Part shown: piece by piece, positions 13,646 to 27,750 of the stretch
How positions within the stretch are numbered: position 1 is the first letter of the stretch
How the letters are laid out: each line of letters starts with the position of its first letter
From: Octopus vulgaris
Lineage: Eukaryota
Length of the DNA: 64,000 nucleotides
Assembly: GCA_951406725.2 (NCBI GenBank)
Contig: OX597832.1
Location: 21,452,001 to 21,516,000, forward strand
Direction of reading: 5' to 3'
Translations under genes and position numbers: made by a program
Notes under the pieces: model-generated
Database searches by the model: none
Told to the model about the DNA's origin: nothing
The model's input: the letters and a program-made list of their open reading frames with translations, nothing else

Positions 13646-13694
<49 letters not shown>

Positions 13695-13774
13695 CACATA
13701 TATTCATATATATATACACACATATATACATATATATGCTTGTATGCATGTACGTATGTATGCAAATGTGGAAG

Positions 13775-13827
<53 letters not shown>

Positions 13828-14367
13828 GTCTATGTGTGTGTGTGTATTATTTACGTACGTACGTACGCATGTATGTATTTACATACGTACATACGTATGT
13901 ATGTATGTATGTATGTATGTATGTATACGTCTCCATACGTAAGGCCAAATCCTGTCTCTATTGAAACGACGGTGTATTTATTTCAATTGCCGGGACAATG
14001 GCCGGTGTAGCGCCGTAGAACAGCCACAATCAAATCTTTTCATGCCTGACCCTAAATTTTAGACCAGAGAGAAAGTGGTGGCGCCTCGGGACGACGAAAT
14101 GTCAAACTTTCAATGGACAAGAAATGTACTTGCAGATATAAGCCCGTACATTCTTATATGTATGTTCGTATATGCGCATGCATATATTCATGCGCGTTCA
14201 AATACAAGTACAGTGGTATATATCCACACACAATACACAAAGTATGCGTGGGTGCATACGCATGCTTGTGTGTGTATGCGTGCACACGCGTAATACGCAT
14301 GCGTATTCATCTATATAAATAGATAGATAGATTGATAGATACACAGGCAGACATATATATATATATT

Positions 14368-14505
<138 letters not shown>

Positions 14506-14590
14506 TCGATATAGATATGCGTGTATATACACATGCATATACATACTTATATGCATATATATCTGTCTAAGCATTTATGCATATATATGT

Positions 14591-14640
<50 letters not shown>

Positions 14641-15014
14641 GTGTGTGCGTGTGTATGTATGTATGTGCGCGTGTGTGCCTGTGGATCAGAAATCCAGTAC
14701 CAGGAAAAAGAAAATGAATATGAAATCAAATATAGTGACGGCCAGTGAAGACCAGTATACACACGCGCACACTCGCATACACATGCTCATACAAACCTCA
14801 CATGCACACACGCGCACACATACACACAAGGCACAAAAAGAATTATAGCGATGAAAGAAGTCAGGATGAATGGTCGAAAGCTTCAATGCTTTACATGCAG
14901 GCTCACAATTCTACGTCCACATTTGTATGTAAGAAATTGCTTATAAATGTTCATCATGATGCTGGCTCCAATTCCCACGCTTGTATCCATCTCCCTCCCT
15001 ATCTAAATGAAATG

Positions 15015-15069
<55 letters not shown>

Positions 15070-15286
15070 ATAAGATCGTTATTTAAATATCGAACTTAAT
15101 CAAGCATGGGAATAAAAACATTCAAAGGTAATAATTATTATTAAAATTATAATTTAGGGTATCTAAGACATACCACCACGCTTGAAATAGCAGCCAAAAT
15201 TTAACTGTAAAACCACATTAAAAGTTCATACTGCACCAGGAGAGAAGACAAAAAGACAAAATAAACTAGCAAGAAATTAATGGATA

Positions 15287-15348
<62 letters not shown>

Positions 15349-15412
15349 TTTATTTCTTGTACGTCTATATGTATCAATGTCGACATGCACTTACAAATCA
15401 ATGGGGTATTCT

Positions 15413-15622
15413 TTTTTTGTATTGATTACTAATATCTTCGAGGTCATCTTACTGCCCTACGCAGCGATCCTTCTATCTGGTGGCAGAGAATATGCGGCAT
15501 TTTCTCTTCTAATATATTTTTTGTATTGATTACTAATATCTTCGAGGTCATCTTACTGCCCTACGCAGCGATCCTTCTATCTGGTGGCAGAGAATATGTG
15601 GCATTTTCTCTTCTAATATATT
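15413..15622. repeat. 104-bp tandem duplication (2 copies)
   Basis: gtattgattactaatatcttcgagg at 15419 and 15523; about one mismatch. Confidence 0.9.
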
Positions 15623-15813
15623 CCTTCATTTTGAGATATCGTCGACGTGTTTCATGATGATTGCGTGGCTGTGTAGTAACAAGATTTCTTCCCCCAACAC
15701 ATCGTCCCGGATACATTTCCACAGCGTGGCACCTTGGACAATTGTGTCTTCTACTATAGCCCGGAACCAACCCATCTCTCTGTCTCTATGTATGTATATA
15801 TATATATATATAT

Positions 15814-15982
<169 letters not shown>

Positions 15983-16440
15983 ACTAGCAGGTATTGCGTG
16001 CTTTATACGAAAGCTCAACTAGACAGTAAAGCGATGATGTTTGTTAATAAATAGTTTTAAGTATGATAATTTTTAGCCACGCAAAGCTGTCTGTCGCAAT
16101 TTTACCTCGTACATTGATTTAGGTCTGTTATAATTCCTCGTAAATCCGGAGGTTACCTCCATTTCCGTATTGTATAGCTGAATGAGATTATGAATCCCCC
16201 ACCCTAAACGGGACGCCGGTTCGTCTCAGCGTTAACTTCTCAGATATTGCTGGAAAGTAGTTACAGCTCAGTGGAGTGAATTCTTAAATTAGGCAGTGGA
16301 CTGGAACAACGTGAAATGAAATGCTTTGCTCAACATCATAGCGCACCGCATAATTTAAGAACTGCAATCAGGCGATGATACACTACTTTCTCTGCATATG
16401 TTTGGTACTTTAAAAATAATCACGGAATTTTCGCCACTAT

Positions 16441-16657
16441 ACTCTTTACTCTTTTGCTTGTTCCAGTCATTTGACTGCGGCCATGCTGGAGCACCGCCTT
16501 TAGTCGAGCAAATCGACCTCGAGACTTATTCTTTGTAAGCCCAGTACTTATTCCATCGGTCACTTTTTGCCGAACCGCTAAGTAACGGGGACATAAACAC
16601 ACCAGCATCGGTTGTCAAGCAATGCTAGGGGGACAAACAGACACACAAACACACACA

Positions 16658-16705
<48 letters not shown>

Positions 16706-16865
16706 TACGACGGGCTTCTTTCAGTTTCCGTCTACCAAATCCACTCACAAGGCATTGGTCGGCCCGGGGCTATAGTAGAAGACACTTGCCCAAGGTGCCA
16801 CGCAGTGGGACTGAACCGGGAACCATGTGGTTGGTTAGCAAGCTACTTACCACACAGCCACTCCT
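16441..16865 (-). mobile_element. Full-length family-B CORE-type SINE with internal microsatellite
   Basis: Head ggagtggctgtgtggtaag, CORE-like gtggcaccttgggcaagtgtctt, internal (TA/TG)n, tail gcagtcaaatgactg..aagagt; resembles octopus OR-type SINEs. Confidence 0.9.
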
Positions 16866-16994
16866 AGAAATATTTATAATCGAACTACATTCAGTGGATA
16901 CTCTGAATGAGGTACGTTTTGTAGCATAACTATAAGCTATGATATTTACAAAATATTAATTAAAAAAACCTACAAGCTTATGGAATTTTAGACA

Positions 16995-17235
16995 TCGCAT
17001 GGGAAAACGGAAGAGAGACAACGTAGAATTTGTTGAGAAAGCATCTCGATGGGTCTGGTTGAAAAGAGGCGATCGTTGGGAGGTCAGTAGAATGCCGGTA
17101 GTTCACAGGCCTATGCTTGGTCAATCTAGATCTGCTGACATAGATAAGGGTCTATGCTTTATGAGCAGAAACAGCCAGTGACTCCGGGATGTAACACTGA
17201 CGATGAGCCCAAGCGTTATGTCTCTTGACTCCTGT
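16995..17235 (+). mobile_element. 3' end of a second HERO-like LINE
   Basis: EKASRWVWLKR, the C-terminal motif also seen in the 7345-8440 element, followed by a related 3' UTR (gaaac...gactcc...ctgacgat). Confidence 0.7.
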
Positions 17236-18051
17236 TGAATACCAACAACACCAATATCATCACCATCAGCATAAACACCACGCCACCGACACCACCATCA
17301 TCACCACCACCCCCATCACCGCTATGATACAATAAGGGAACTTCTACGAAGTCACTCAACCAGTTTGGGTGATGAAGCATGGTTTAGTGGTAAAGGTATT
17401 CGGATCAAAATCGTAAGGTCGTCAGTTCGATTCCTGGTGACACGTCGTCCTGGGGTCGATGTGCTTGACTAAAGGCGGTGCTCCAGTATGGCCACAGTCA
17501 AATGACTGAAGCAAGTAAAAGTGTAAAAGAGTATGTGTGTGTGTGTGTCTGTGTGTACGTGTGTGATATATATATATATATATATATACAGGGAGAATGG
17601 ATAGATAGAGAAATAGGTAGATATACAGAGAATACATACATACACACACATGCATAAATACATACATATTAATATATACTTACGTCTATGAATATATAAT
17701 TCTATATATATATATGAATATCTCAATATCTATATGTGTGTGTGTGAGTGAATGTGTGTGAGTGAGTGCCTGTGTGTGTGAATGTTTGAGAGAAAGAGAG
17801 AGAGTGTTGTGTACGTGTGTGTATGTGTATGTGTGTCTGTTTGTGCATGTATGTATGTATCTGTACACGCTGGGGGGGGGATGCAATAGTATATTTTTTT
17901 TCTTTTAGTTCAATCGGTCTATGCACGTGTCTACAGATGTACGTACAAACAGTGCATAAAGACGGGTGGTCAGTTGGTTGTTAGCCAGTGGTCAAAGTGG
18001 CAGTGAGATGTGCAAAGGAGCTGATGTACGAATAACTGTACTGCAAGCACT

Positions 18052-18142
18052 GCAGCAGCAGCAGCAGAGGCAGCAGCAGCAGCAGAGGCAGCAGCAGCAG
18101 CAGTAGTAGCAGCAGTAGTAGCAGCAGCAGCAGTAGTAGTAA

Positions 18143-18191
<49 letters not shown>

Positions 18192-18198
18192 GGTGGTG

Positions 18199-18229
<31 letters not shown>

Positions 18230-18239
18230 CAACAGCAGC

Positions 18240-18311
<72 letters not shown>
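18052..18311. repeat. (CAG)n/(TAG)n/(TGG)n compound microsatellite
   Basis: Direct inspection. Confidence 0.95.
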
Positions 18312-18312
<1 letters not shown>

Positions 18313-18444
18313 AGTTAGCAGATGACCTGTCAGCTTCAGTAGGCTGTATATATTTAGTCAGCATCCTCAATCGTTTAGTATGATGAACAAATACAGAGTA
18401 AAAAATGGTGTCGATGTGTGTGTGTATATACATATATATATATA

Positions 18445-18498
<54 letters not shown>

Positions 18499-18539
18499 AA
18501 AATATAGTACTCGAATACTAGAGGTTGTGTAATATGCTT

Positions 18540-18826
18540 TATTAAAAAAGCTGCAAAAATATCACAAAAATTGTTACTCGGAGTTTTACGTTCCCGTTCG
18601 TCGGACAAAAATAAGGTTACAAGCAAAAATATACAATTAGTTTAAGAGAAACACATTCGAAAAGACCGATGAAACAAAAGCATTTTCAAATGTGTAGCTA
18701 TTAAACTAACTGTATACTTTTGATTATAACGTTATTTTTTTTCCCATTCTAAATAAAACTGTCGGACGAACGGGAACGTGAAACTCTGAGTAACAGTTTT
18801 TCTAATATTTTTGCTGCTTTTCAATA
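18540..18826. mobile_element. Inverted pair of HHR-bearing termini (Penelope-like relic)
   Basis: 18540-18607 is an imperfect reverse complement of 18760-18826; flanked by (TA)n and (GATA)n. Confidence 0.7.
18755..18800 (+). ncRNA. Variant type I hammerhead motif
   Basis: AAAACTGT-CGGACGA-ACG-GGAA-CGT-GAAA-CTCTGAG-TA-ACAGTTTT: 8-bp stem I, GNRA loop II; core position 4 is G here and C in the inverted copy. Confidence 0.7.
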
Positions 18827-18830
18827 ATAT

Positions 18831-18866
<36 letters not shown>

Positions 18867-18889
18867 ATGTATAAATATTTTTATATATA

Positions 18890-18982
<93 letters not shown>

Positions 18983-19244
18983 CAGGCAGACAGACAGACA
19001 GATAGACAGACAAACAGACAGAGAGGAGGGAAGTAAGAGAGAAATGCCGACGGAGACGTATACCAACAAATAAACAGATATATATAGTTACATAAGTAGA
19101 AAGATAGATATATTGATCGATATGTGTGTGTTGTGAGTGAGTTTGTATGTGTGTGTGCGTGTATGTGTGTGTGTGTGTTAGTCTGTTGATAGATAAATAG
19201 GTAGATAGACAGATAGATAGATATATAGATAGATAGATACATAG

Positions 19245-19275
<31 letters not shown>

Positions 19276-20050
19276 CATGTATCTAGTATTTGTAAAAAAT
19301 ATACATATGTATACACATAAAAACACACACTCACACACACACACGCGCACACACAATATATATATATATACGATATATATGAGAGGGGCGCATAAAAACT
19401 CGAACACAACACAAAAACAATCGACTTAGCGCAAACGTCCGCCATGACACCAAGCAGTGAAACACAACATTGACCAGCGAGCAAGTCGAAAATCTTGTCA
19501 AAAAAGATGGCGTGCACATTTTTGAAGCTCCGCGTTTACACGACGGTTACTAATTATCCAATTGTATCAAAGACTGGAGACGACAAGCTCTACAGTACAA
19601 AAGTAACCATTCACTGCGTGTTTGCAATTCTATGAAACTCATTTTCGATACTGTAGAAGCTAATTCTTCGGAGAATAAGTTATTGAAACCTCGCTGGGAT
19701 ATCGCATTCAAATCCTATTGCATAAAGATTCTCTTTCGCTTTTTATCTTTCTTTTCTGAGGTTATTTTTATTCTTTTTTGATATTTGATAGTTTTTCCTC
19801 CTTTTTATTATTATTATTGTTCAGTTTTGGAGGGTTTTTTTTTGGTTCTTTTTTTAGGTTTTTCTTTTCCTTTCCTATTTTTATGTGCGTATATAGGTGT
19901 TTTGTATCTTATTTTATATGTCTTCGCTTTTTTCTTTTTGTTTTGTTTTCAATCGCTGATATTTGATGTGTTCCTACATTTCCATTTTCCAACACAATCG
20001 ACTTGACATAAAAATCTATCTAAATGGACGTACACACACATATATATATG

Positions 20051-20243
<193 letters not shown>

Positions 20244-20295
20244 TATGTATGGATGTATGTATACAGAAAGAGAGAAGGATAATGTCTATTCATGA

Positions 20296-20335
<40 letters not shown>

Positions 20336-20609
20336 TTACGTACATATACATATACGTGTATATATGCATACATGAATACAGAGGAACACGCACTAAGACA
20401 AACAAAAGCGTATAAATACACACACACATGTATATATGTAAGTATGTATATATGTATGTATGTACACATATACCTATGTACATGTATATATATATATATA
20501 CATCTGTACGTATATATGTATGTATGCACATATGTATGTATGCATATATATATATATATAGCGGATACAAATATCCGCTATATGATGATGTTAAAGATGA
20601 AATATTCGA

Positions 20610-20668
<59 letters not shown>

Positions 20669-20992
20669 CTGGTGGTGGTGATGATGATAATGATGACGAT
20701 GAGGACAAAAACAGCAACAGTATTGACAGGCGTTAGCGAACATCGGTGTTGATGACGAAGATTTTGGGTGAGATGAGCGGACACTAAAATAGGCTAAGCA
20801 TATTATTAAGATTTATTTTATCGAACACCAAAGAAAGAAAAATGGAATGTAAGCCAGCATTCTAAAGGGATATAACTGTACGCTTACTCGAGATTTAATC
20901 CTGCACATTACAGTGTCTGCCAATCCACCGTCAATGAAACGATTGTAATTCTTCATGTCTTCATTAGAAAGACGGTCCAATGATATATATAC

Positions 20993-21038
<46 letters not shown>

Positions 21039-21061
21039 ATATATATATCTCCATATACACA

Positions 21062-21123
<62 letters not shown>

Positions 21124-21143
21124 GTATGTATGTATAATTGTCA

Positions 21144-21179
<36 letters not shown>

Positions 21180-21191
21180 GTATGCAGCTCC

Positions 21192-21223
<32 letters not shown>

Positions 21224-21376
21224 CGTATGTATATATATATATATATATATATAATGCGTGTATGAGCTGCATACAGATATATATATATATATCAGAAGAC
21301 ATTTCTGCTTTAGCAGATGACATTTCGACAAGGTGCTGCGCAGTGGGACTGAACCCGGAATCATGTGGTTGGGAAC

Positions 21377-21484
21377 CATTTTGATCAAACATTTTCGTCA
21401 AACGTTTTCTTCAAACATTTTCATCAAATAATTTCATCAAACATTTTCATCAAACATTTTCATCAGACATTTTCATCAAACATC
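21377..21484. repeat. 13-bp minisatellite (catcaaacatttt), about 8 copies
   Basis: Direct inspection; abuts a family-B SINE fragment at about 21295-21378. Confidence 0.9.
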
Positions 21485-21934
21485 TTCCTTATACATGTTC
21501 CTGAATGGTTGACTCTGGATTAACCTGAGCCAGATCGATCTGAAGTGATCCCGATATTGATTATTTCTTCACTCACTAGGAGCTCGGCTTGTGCGTCGTC
21601 GATATCTATCAACGAGAAATACCATCTAAACCTCCTTGAAATAACACTGTACCAATAACAATGAAAAAAAAATAGCATGAAAATTCTCATTTGATGACAA
21701 TAAATACTCTCGTAATATTCGTAGACTGAACAGTTTTGACATTACCGTGACCCATCGACGCAGAATATTTAGTGTTAGATTAATTGCATTACAATGAAGT
21801 GTAATGTCATTTTCTAAGGGAATGGAGTGCAGAGGAGCTATTGGGGGTCATTTCAACTAAGACGATAACGGGGAAATTATTATATAATGCAAAGCAAAGC
21901 ATTTTGTCTATGGCATATTCTGGTAGAGAAACAC

Positions 21935-21968
<34 letters not shown>

Positions 21969-22028
21969 AATAAATATATATACGTGTGCATATATATATG
22001 TGTGTGTATATATATATACACACACACA

Positions 22029-22068
<40 letters not shown>

Positions 22069-22109
22069 TATACATAATTATGTACATGCCTTTGTGCAAA
22101 ATGCATTAA

Positions 22110-22193
<84 letters not shown>

Positions 22194-22213
22194 CATATAC
22201 ATATATATATTTG

Positions 22214-22246
<33 letters not shown>

Positions 22247-22315
22247 ATATGTATGTACATATATATATATTTGTATGTATATATACATATATATATATAA
22301 ATATATATATGTGTG

Positions 22316-22354
<39 letters not shown>

Positions 22355-22751
22355 TGTATTATATGCTATATTATATATGCATGCGTGTGTGCGTTTATTG
22401 ATAAGTATGTAACGCATCAGGGAGTTGCACAAGTCTACCCTACATAATCAAACCATTAATCCATGGCAAAGGCCTCGTTAGAATCGAGGACAAAGTTTAC
22501 GCCTCAAAGTAACATTAACGATGCGTCGTCCTTTCAATTCTTCGCAGCAAGTACCACAGCATACATCCGTCTTGACCCGTCCGGCCTGATATATAACATT
22601 TGCGTCTCCCCGAGAGAGAATGCTTCTAGGAAAATGACGGAAGATAGCAATGCTAAAAATATAATTTTGCCAGCATCCATCGTCACTTTCTATATGCATC
22701 ACATCATCACTCCAGCGCGGTCATTGACCAGGTCATGAATGTGTGTGTGTG

Positions 22752-22788
<37 letters not shown>

Positions 22789-22827
22789 GTGTGTAAATAT
22801 GTATGTATGTACGTTTATATGTGTATG

Positions 22828-22871
<44 letters not shown>

Positions 22872-22908
22872 TGTGTAAATATGTATGTACGTTTATATGT
22901 GTGTGTAA

Positions 22909-22947
<39 letters not shown>

Positions 22948-23072
22948 GTATGTATATATGTATGTGCGTATATATGTGTGTGTAAATATATTATATAGAT
23001 ATATATATATATATATATATGTATGTATATATATTTATATATATATGCATATATATATATGTATATATATAC

Positions 23073-23134
<62 letters not shown>

Positions 23135-23200
23135 TACTGCATATCTACCCACCTACTTCTCTATAATCTATATCTATATCTATCTATCTATCTATCTATC

Positions 23201-23240
<40 letters not shown>

Positions 23241-23515
23241 CATATGTTATTATTGTTGTTATTATTATTATTAATATTACTACTACTACTACTATTACTA
23301 CTACTACTAATACTATTATTGTTATTATGAGATTCTCTTGAGGATGACGGTTAATTAATAATGAAGAGGCAGTCATGATCCCTGCATAAACGTACACGTA
23401 TGTTTTATGGGGTGCGACAATAAGAAAGGTATGCACACGTATGTTGTTACGGGTGGAAGTTGATAATGTGTGAATATTTGAACGTGTGTCATAGGAGAGG
23501 AAGAACGTGTGTGTT

Positions 23516-23549
<34 letters not shown>

Positions 23550-24009
23550 CGTGCCTGCGTGTGTACATGTGTTTGTTTGTGTGTGTATGATTGTGTGAGT
23601 GTGTGTATGTGTGTTAGTGTGTATGGGGGGAGTGTTGCAGTGGTGCCGGGTCACAGTTGCAAGGACACAATTTTTACACCCATGAAATAAATGTAAAAAT
23701 AACTGAAATGTTTTAGGCACGGCTAACAGAGCTTCCCATGATTATAAATATGTCTGTGTATGTGTGTGGTATATATATACGCATTTATATATCTTACATT
23801 ATATATATAAATATATATATACATTTATAAAGATATATGTATATATATATATATATACATAGATATATTCTGTTGTGTCTGGGGAAAGTAATTTTCTTTT
23901 TCTGCCTTGTAATGTAACACACTCACCGGTGAAATATCCACTTATTTCTTATTTTTATTTTCCTAAAATTTTCGTTGCGACTTGCAATCTTTTCAATAGT
24001 CTTGAGAGT

Positions 24010-24218
24010 CAAGACTATTGACTCTCAAGTGGAAATCGTGAGTTCAATTCCCGGTGACGCGTTGTGTCCTTGCGCAAGACACTTTATTTCTCGTTACTCC
24101 AGTTCACTCAGCTGGCAAAAATTAGTTGTACCTGTATTTCACTCTGTGTCACGCCAAATCTCCCTGAGAACTACATTAAGGGTACACGTGTCTGTGGAGT
24201 GCTCAGCCACTTGCACGT
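24010..24218 (+). mobile_element. Family-C CORE-type SINE
   Basis: gagttcaattcccgg, ttgtgtccttgcgcaagacacttt, ccagttcactcagctggc. Confidence 0.7.
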
Positions 24219-24298
24219 ATCTATGAATGTATGCAACTACTTATGTAAGTAAGCATTATTGTGTACATGTATGACTGTAAGTACGTGTGCATAAATGC

Positions 24299-24345
<47 letters not shown>

Positions 24346-24349
<4 letters not shown>

Positions 24350-24560
24350 CTTTTACTTGTGTCAGTCATTTGACTGTGGCCATGCTGGAGCACCGCCTTT
24401 AGTCGAGCAAATCGACCCCAGCACTTATTCATTGTAAGTCTAGTATCTATTCTATCGGTCTCTTTTTGCCGAACCGCGGTGTTACGGTGACGTAAACACA
24501 TAAGTGTCGGTTGTCAGCAATGTTGGGAGGGACAAACACAGACACACAAACATACACACA
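24346..24560 (-). mobile_element. Family-B SINE, 3' half
   Basis: cagtcatttgactgtggccatgctggagcaccgcc...gccgaaccgc. Confidence 0.85.
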
Positions 24561-24581
24561 CGCACAAGATACTCACATATA

Positions 24582-24823
24582 CAGAGTGTTCAAAAGGTCT
24601 CTCCGCAGTGAATTTTTAAAATCTTGCTCACCACCATGGCGCTACATCAAGAGTTTTTCCGTGACCGGATTATTTCGGAGGGACTTAGGGACTTTGGCCA
24701 CCAAGTTCACCTGACTTAACACCGCCAGACTTTTTCTTCTGGGGAGAAAGTAAAGAATCGGTGTACAAGAATCGTCCGAAAACCATTAAATAATTACTGC
24801 GGAGAGACTTTCTGAACACCCTG
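24582..24823 (+). mobile_element. 242-bp Tc1/mariner-superfamily MITE retaining a transposase fragment
   Basis: TA TSD; TIRs cagagtgttcaaaaggtctctccgcagt / actgcggagagactttctgaacaccctg; interior encodes WPPSSPDLTPPDFFFWG..VYKNRPKT (WPPRSPDL motif, rosa/maT-like). Confidence 0.85.
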
Positions 24824-25287
24824 TATTTATACAAGTATATATAGACAGGTATGTATGTATGTATGTATGTATGCTTGTATGTATGTATGTATGTATGTAT
24901 GTATTTATGTATGTATCTATGTATATATATGAACGTATATACACGTAAACAATGGTAAAAACGAAAGTAAAGCAAAATAAAGAATGTAAAAGAGAACTCT
25001 ATAGGAGCAATGTGGTGAGTCACGGCGACGAAAACTCTAAAGGAAGCGGCACGAAATACTTAAATAAGTGTTGGAAACAGCAGCTGAAATTTTGGACAGA
25101 AGAACTGCATAAAGAAAATTTCTAGAAAGACCTTTGATCTTTGCGTTCTTATGGTGTTAGTTTTCCCCCAATAAACACGCAAACATCAGCTGACTCCGGC
25201 GTTTTTATTCCTACGTTTATTTATTTCGTTATTGGTTTTCGTTTTTCTGCAATTTTTCGTGCTTGTGCACTCGTTTAATATATACAT

Positions 25288-25375
<88 letters not shown>

Positions 25376-25818
25376 CATAAATACATATACATAATTAAAT
25401 ATGAATATATATAGTATATACATATATATATACATACATACACACATATATTTATATATATTAATATATATACACATAATTATATATATATATATACAAT
25501 CACACGGAGACATAATCACTTAACTACACAACACACACACACACATATATACACACACAACACTTATTCTTGCATATAGATGTGTGTATGCATGTGCATA
25601 TATATATATATATGTGTGTGTGTATATATATATTATCACACCTATATATATATACGCGCATATGTGTGTGCATATATATAAGTATACATATACGCGCGTG
25701 TATATATGTTTATATATATTTACATATGTAATTGAATACTTCACAATTGTATAAGCGCTTCAATGCATTGCTTTCAGAGATATGTACGTGTGTATATACA
25801 TACATACACACATACATG

Positions 25819-25879
<61 letters not shown>

Positions 25880-26044
25880 CTTAGCTGAGTCAGAGGTTAA
25901 AATAACCGTCTAAGGGATACAAGTATCCATCATTATACTACCGGAATATTACCTATGTTTAACCATAGGCATACATATGCAAGCATCTTATGCTCATAAA
26001 AGATAGGTAAAGACATGGATAAACATGAGTTTATCAAGAATCAA

Positions 26045-26190
26045 AATTTAAAGAAAACAGAAAATGGAGAAATATTAATGAACAACTTCTGACTTCAATC
26101 AATTATTATTTATTTGTATAAATAAATAATAATTGATGGAAGTCAATTGTTGTACGTCAATATTTCTACATTTTCTCTTTTCTTCAAATT
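26045..26190. repeat. Long imperfect palindrome (about 70-bp arms)
   Basis: ...tgacttcaatcaattattatttattt gtat aaataaataataattgatggaagtca... Confidence 0.85.
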
Positions 26191-26364
26191 ATATATATAT
26201 ATATATATATATTAATTAATTAAGAAGTAATCAGTAAATTTACCAAGTAGAATTCGGCATGTATGTATATATATGTATATATAGAGAAAGATAGATACAT
26301 AGACAGACAAACAGACAGACAGACAGGCAGGCAGACAATCAGACAGATAGACAGACAGACAAAC

Positions 26365-26468
<104 letters not shown>

Positions 26469-26789
26469 GATGGATGGATAGATAGTTAGACACAAACACA
26501 CACACACACTGCAATCGTCCCGGTCGGTCACATCTCTCTTACTTCCAGCAATCAGACAACCAGCATCATTTAATACATCTCCCATCATAACCACCGTCTA
26601 CCCCTTCACCATCACCATCATGCACACTTCCGCCTACACCACCAAGACTCCAACATCTACTGCCATCACATCCGCTCCGCCACACATTTTGTTAGCTATC
26701 ATCGACCTCAATCGAATTCAAATGTCTTCTCTACACCTTAAGCCTTTGCACCTTAGCCTTCAGTCTTCTCTGCACCTTAAGCCTTTCTA

Positions 26790-27488
26790 CTACAGGTTCA
26801 AAGCTGTGGGATGGACACAGTCGATTCCGTCCACTCCATTGCTTAAATGGTAGTTATTTCATTGACCAAGAAACGATAAAAGCCAAGTCGAGCTCCTACG
26901 GAAAGACAGACGAAATGCCGCTAAGCATTATGTCCTGTTGTTCTGGCCTGCTAACGATTGAGTGGGGGCTAGTCGATTACATCGACCCCCAGTGGTTCAC
27001 TGGTGGTTATTTTATCGATTCCGAAAGGATGAAAGGCAAAGTCGACCCCAGCAGAATTTGAACTCAGAGCGAGACGGACGAAATAACTCTAATCATTTCG
27101 CTCGAGTGCTAACGATTCTGCCAGCTCGCCGCCTTAACAACTACAACAATAATAATGATAATAATGATGATGATGATGATGATGATGACGATGATGACGA
27201 TGACGACAACAACAACAACAATAACAATAATAACGACAATAATAATTATAATAATAATATTAACTACGACAATAATAATAATAACAACAATAATAATGAT
27301 GATGATGATGATGATGATGATGATGGTGATGAATTCAAATTTTGTCACAACATGTAATTAATTTATCGAACTCGCAAGGATGAAAGGTAAAGTCGACCTC
27401 GGCTTAATTTGAACTCAGAATTTAAAGACAGACGAAATACCTGGCGTGCTAACGATACTGCCAGCTCGCCACCACCATGATAATAATA

Positions 27489-27533
<45 letters not shown>

Positions 27534-27750
27534 CTTTCTACTGTAGTCACATGATGAGAAATTTTGGGGGAATAGGATAGAGACGATTGCATGATCCCAG
27601 TGCTTAAATTGTACTCATTTAATTGACTCCGATAGGATGAAAGACAAAGTGAACCTCAACGAAATTTTTGTCCAGATCGTAAAGATGGAAGAAAGGCTGA
27701 TAAATAATTTGTCTGGCGTGCTTAAAAGGATTCTGCCTGCTCTCTGCCTT
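26790..27750 (-). mobile_element. Cluster of about 4 decayed family-A SINEs interleaved with (AAT)n/(GAT)n
   Basis: Repeated gaaaggatgaaaggcaaagtcgacc and ctgccagctcgcc. Confidence 0.8.

Larger units (their letters stand above)
12233..13648 (-). mobile_element. Tandem array of a 535-bp HHR-bearing unit (2.65 copies); retrozyme or non-autonomous Penelope-like element
   Basis: Unit starts aaaataaatataagagagtg at 12233, 12768 and 13303; copies look identical; (TA)n on both sides; no meaningful ORF; one HHR per unit. Confidence 0.85.

Noticed and set aside
16820-16865. tRNA genes at SINE heads
   Set aside because: A/B boxes are present but are followed by SINE bodies, and no complete cloverleaf could be built.
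21377-21484. Short regular repeats as a CRISPR array
   Set aside because: Contiguous 13-mers without spacers, no cas genes, eukaryotic context.
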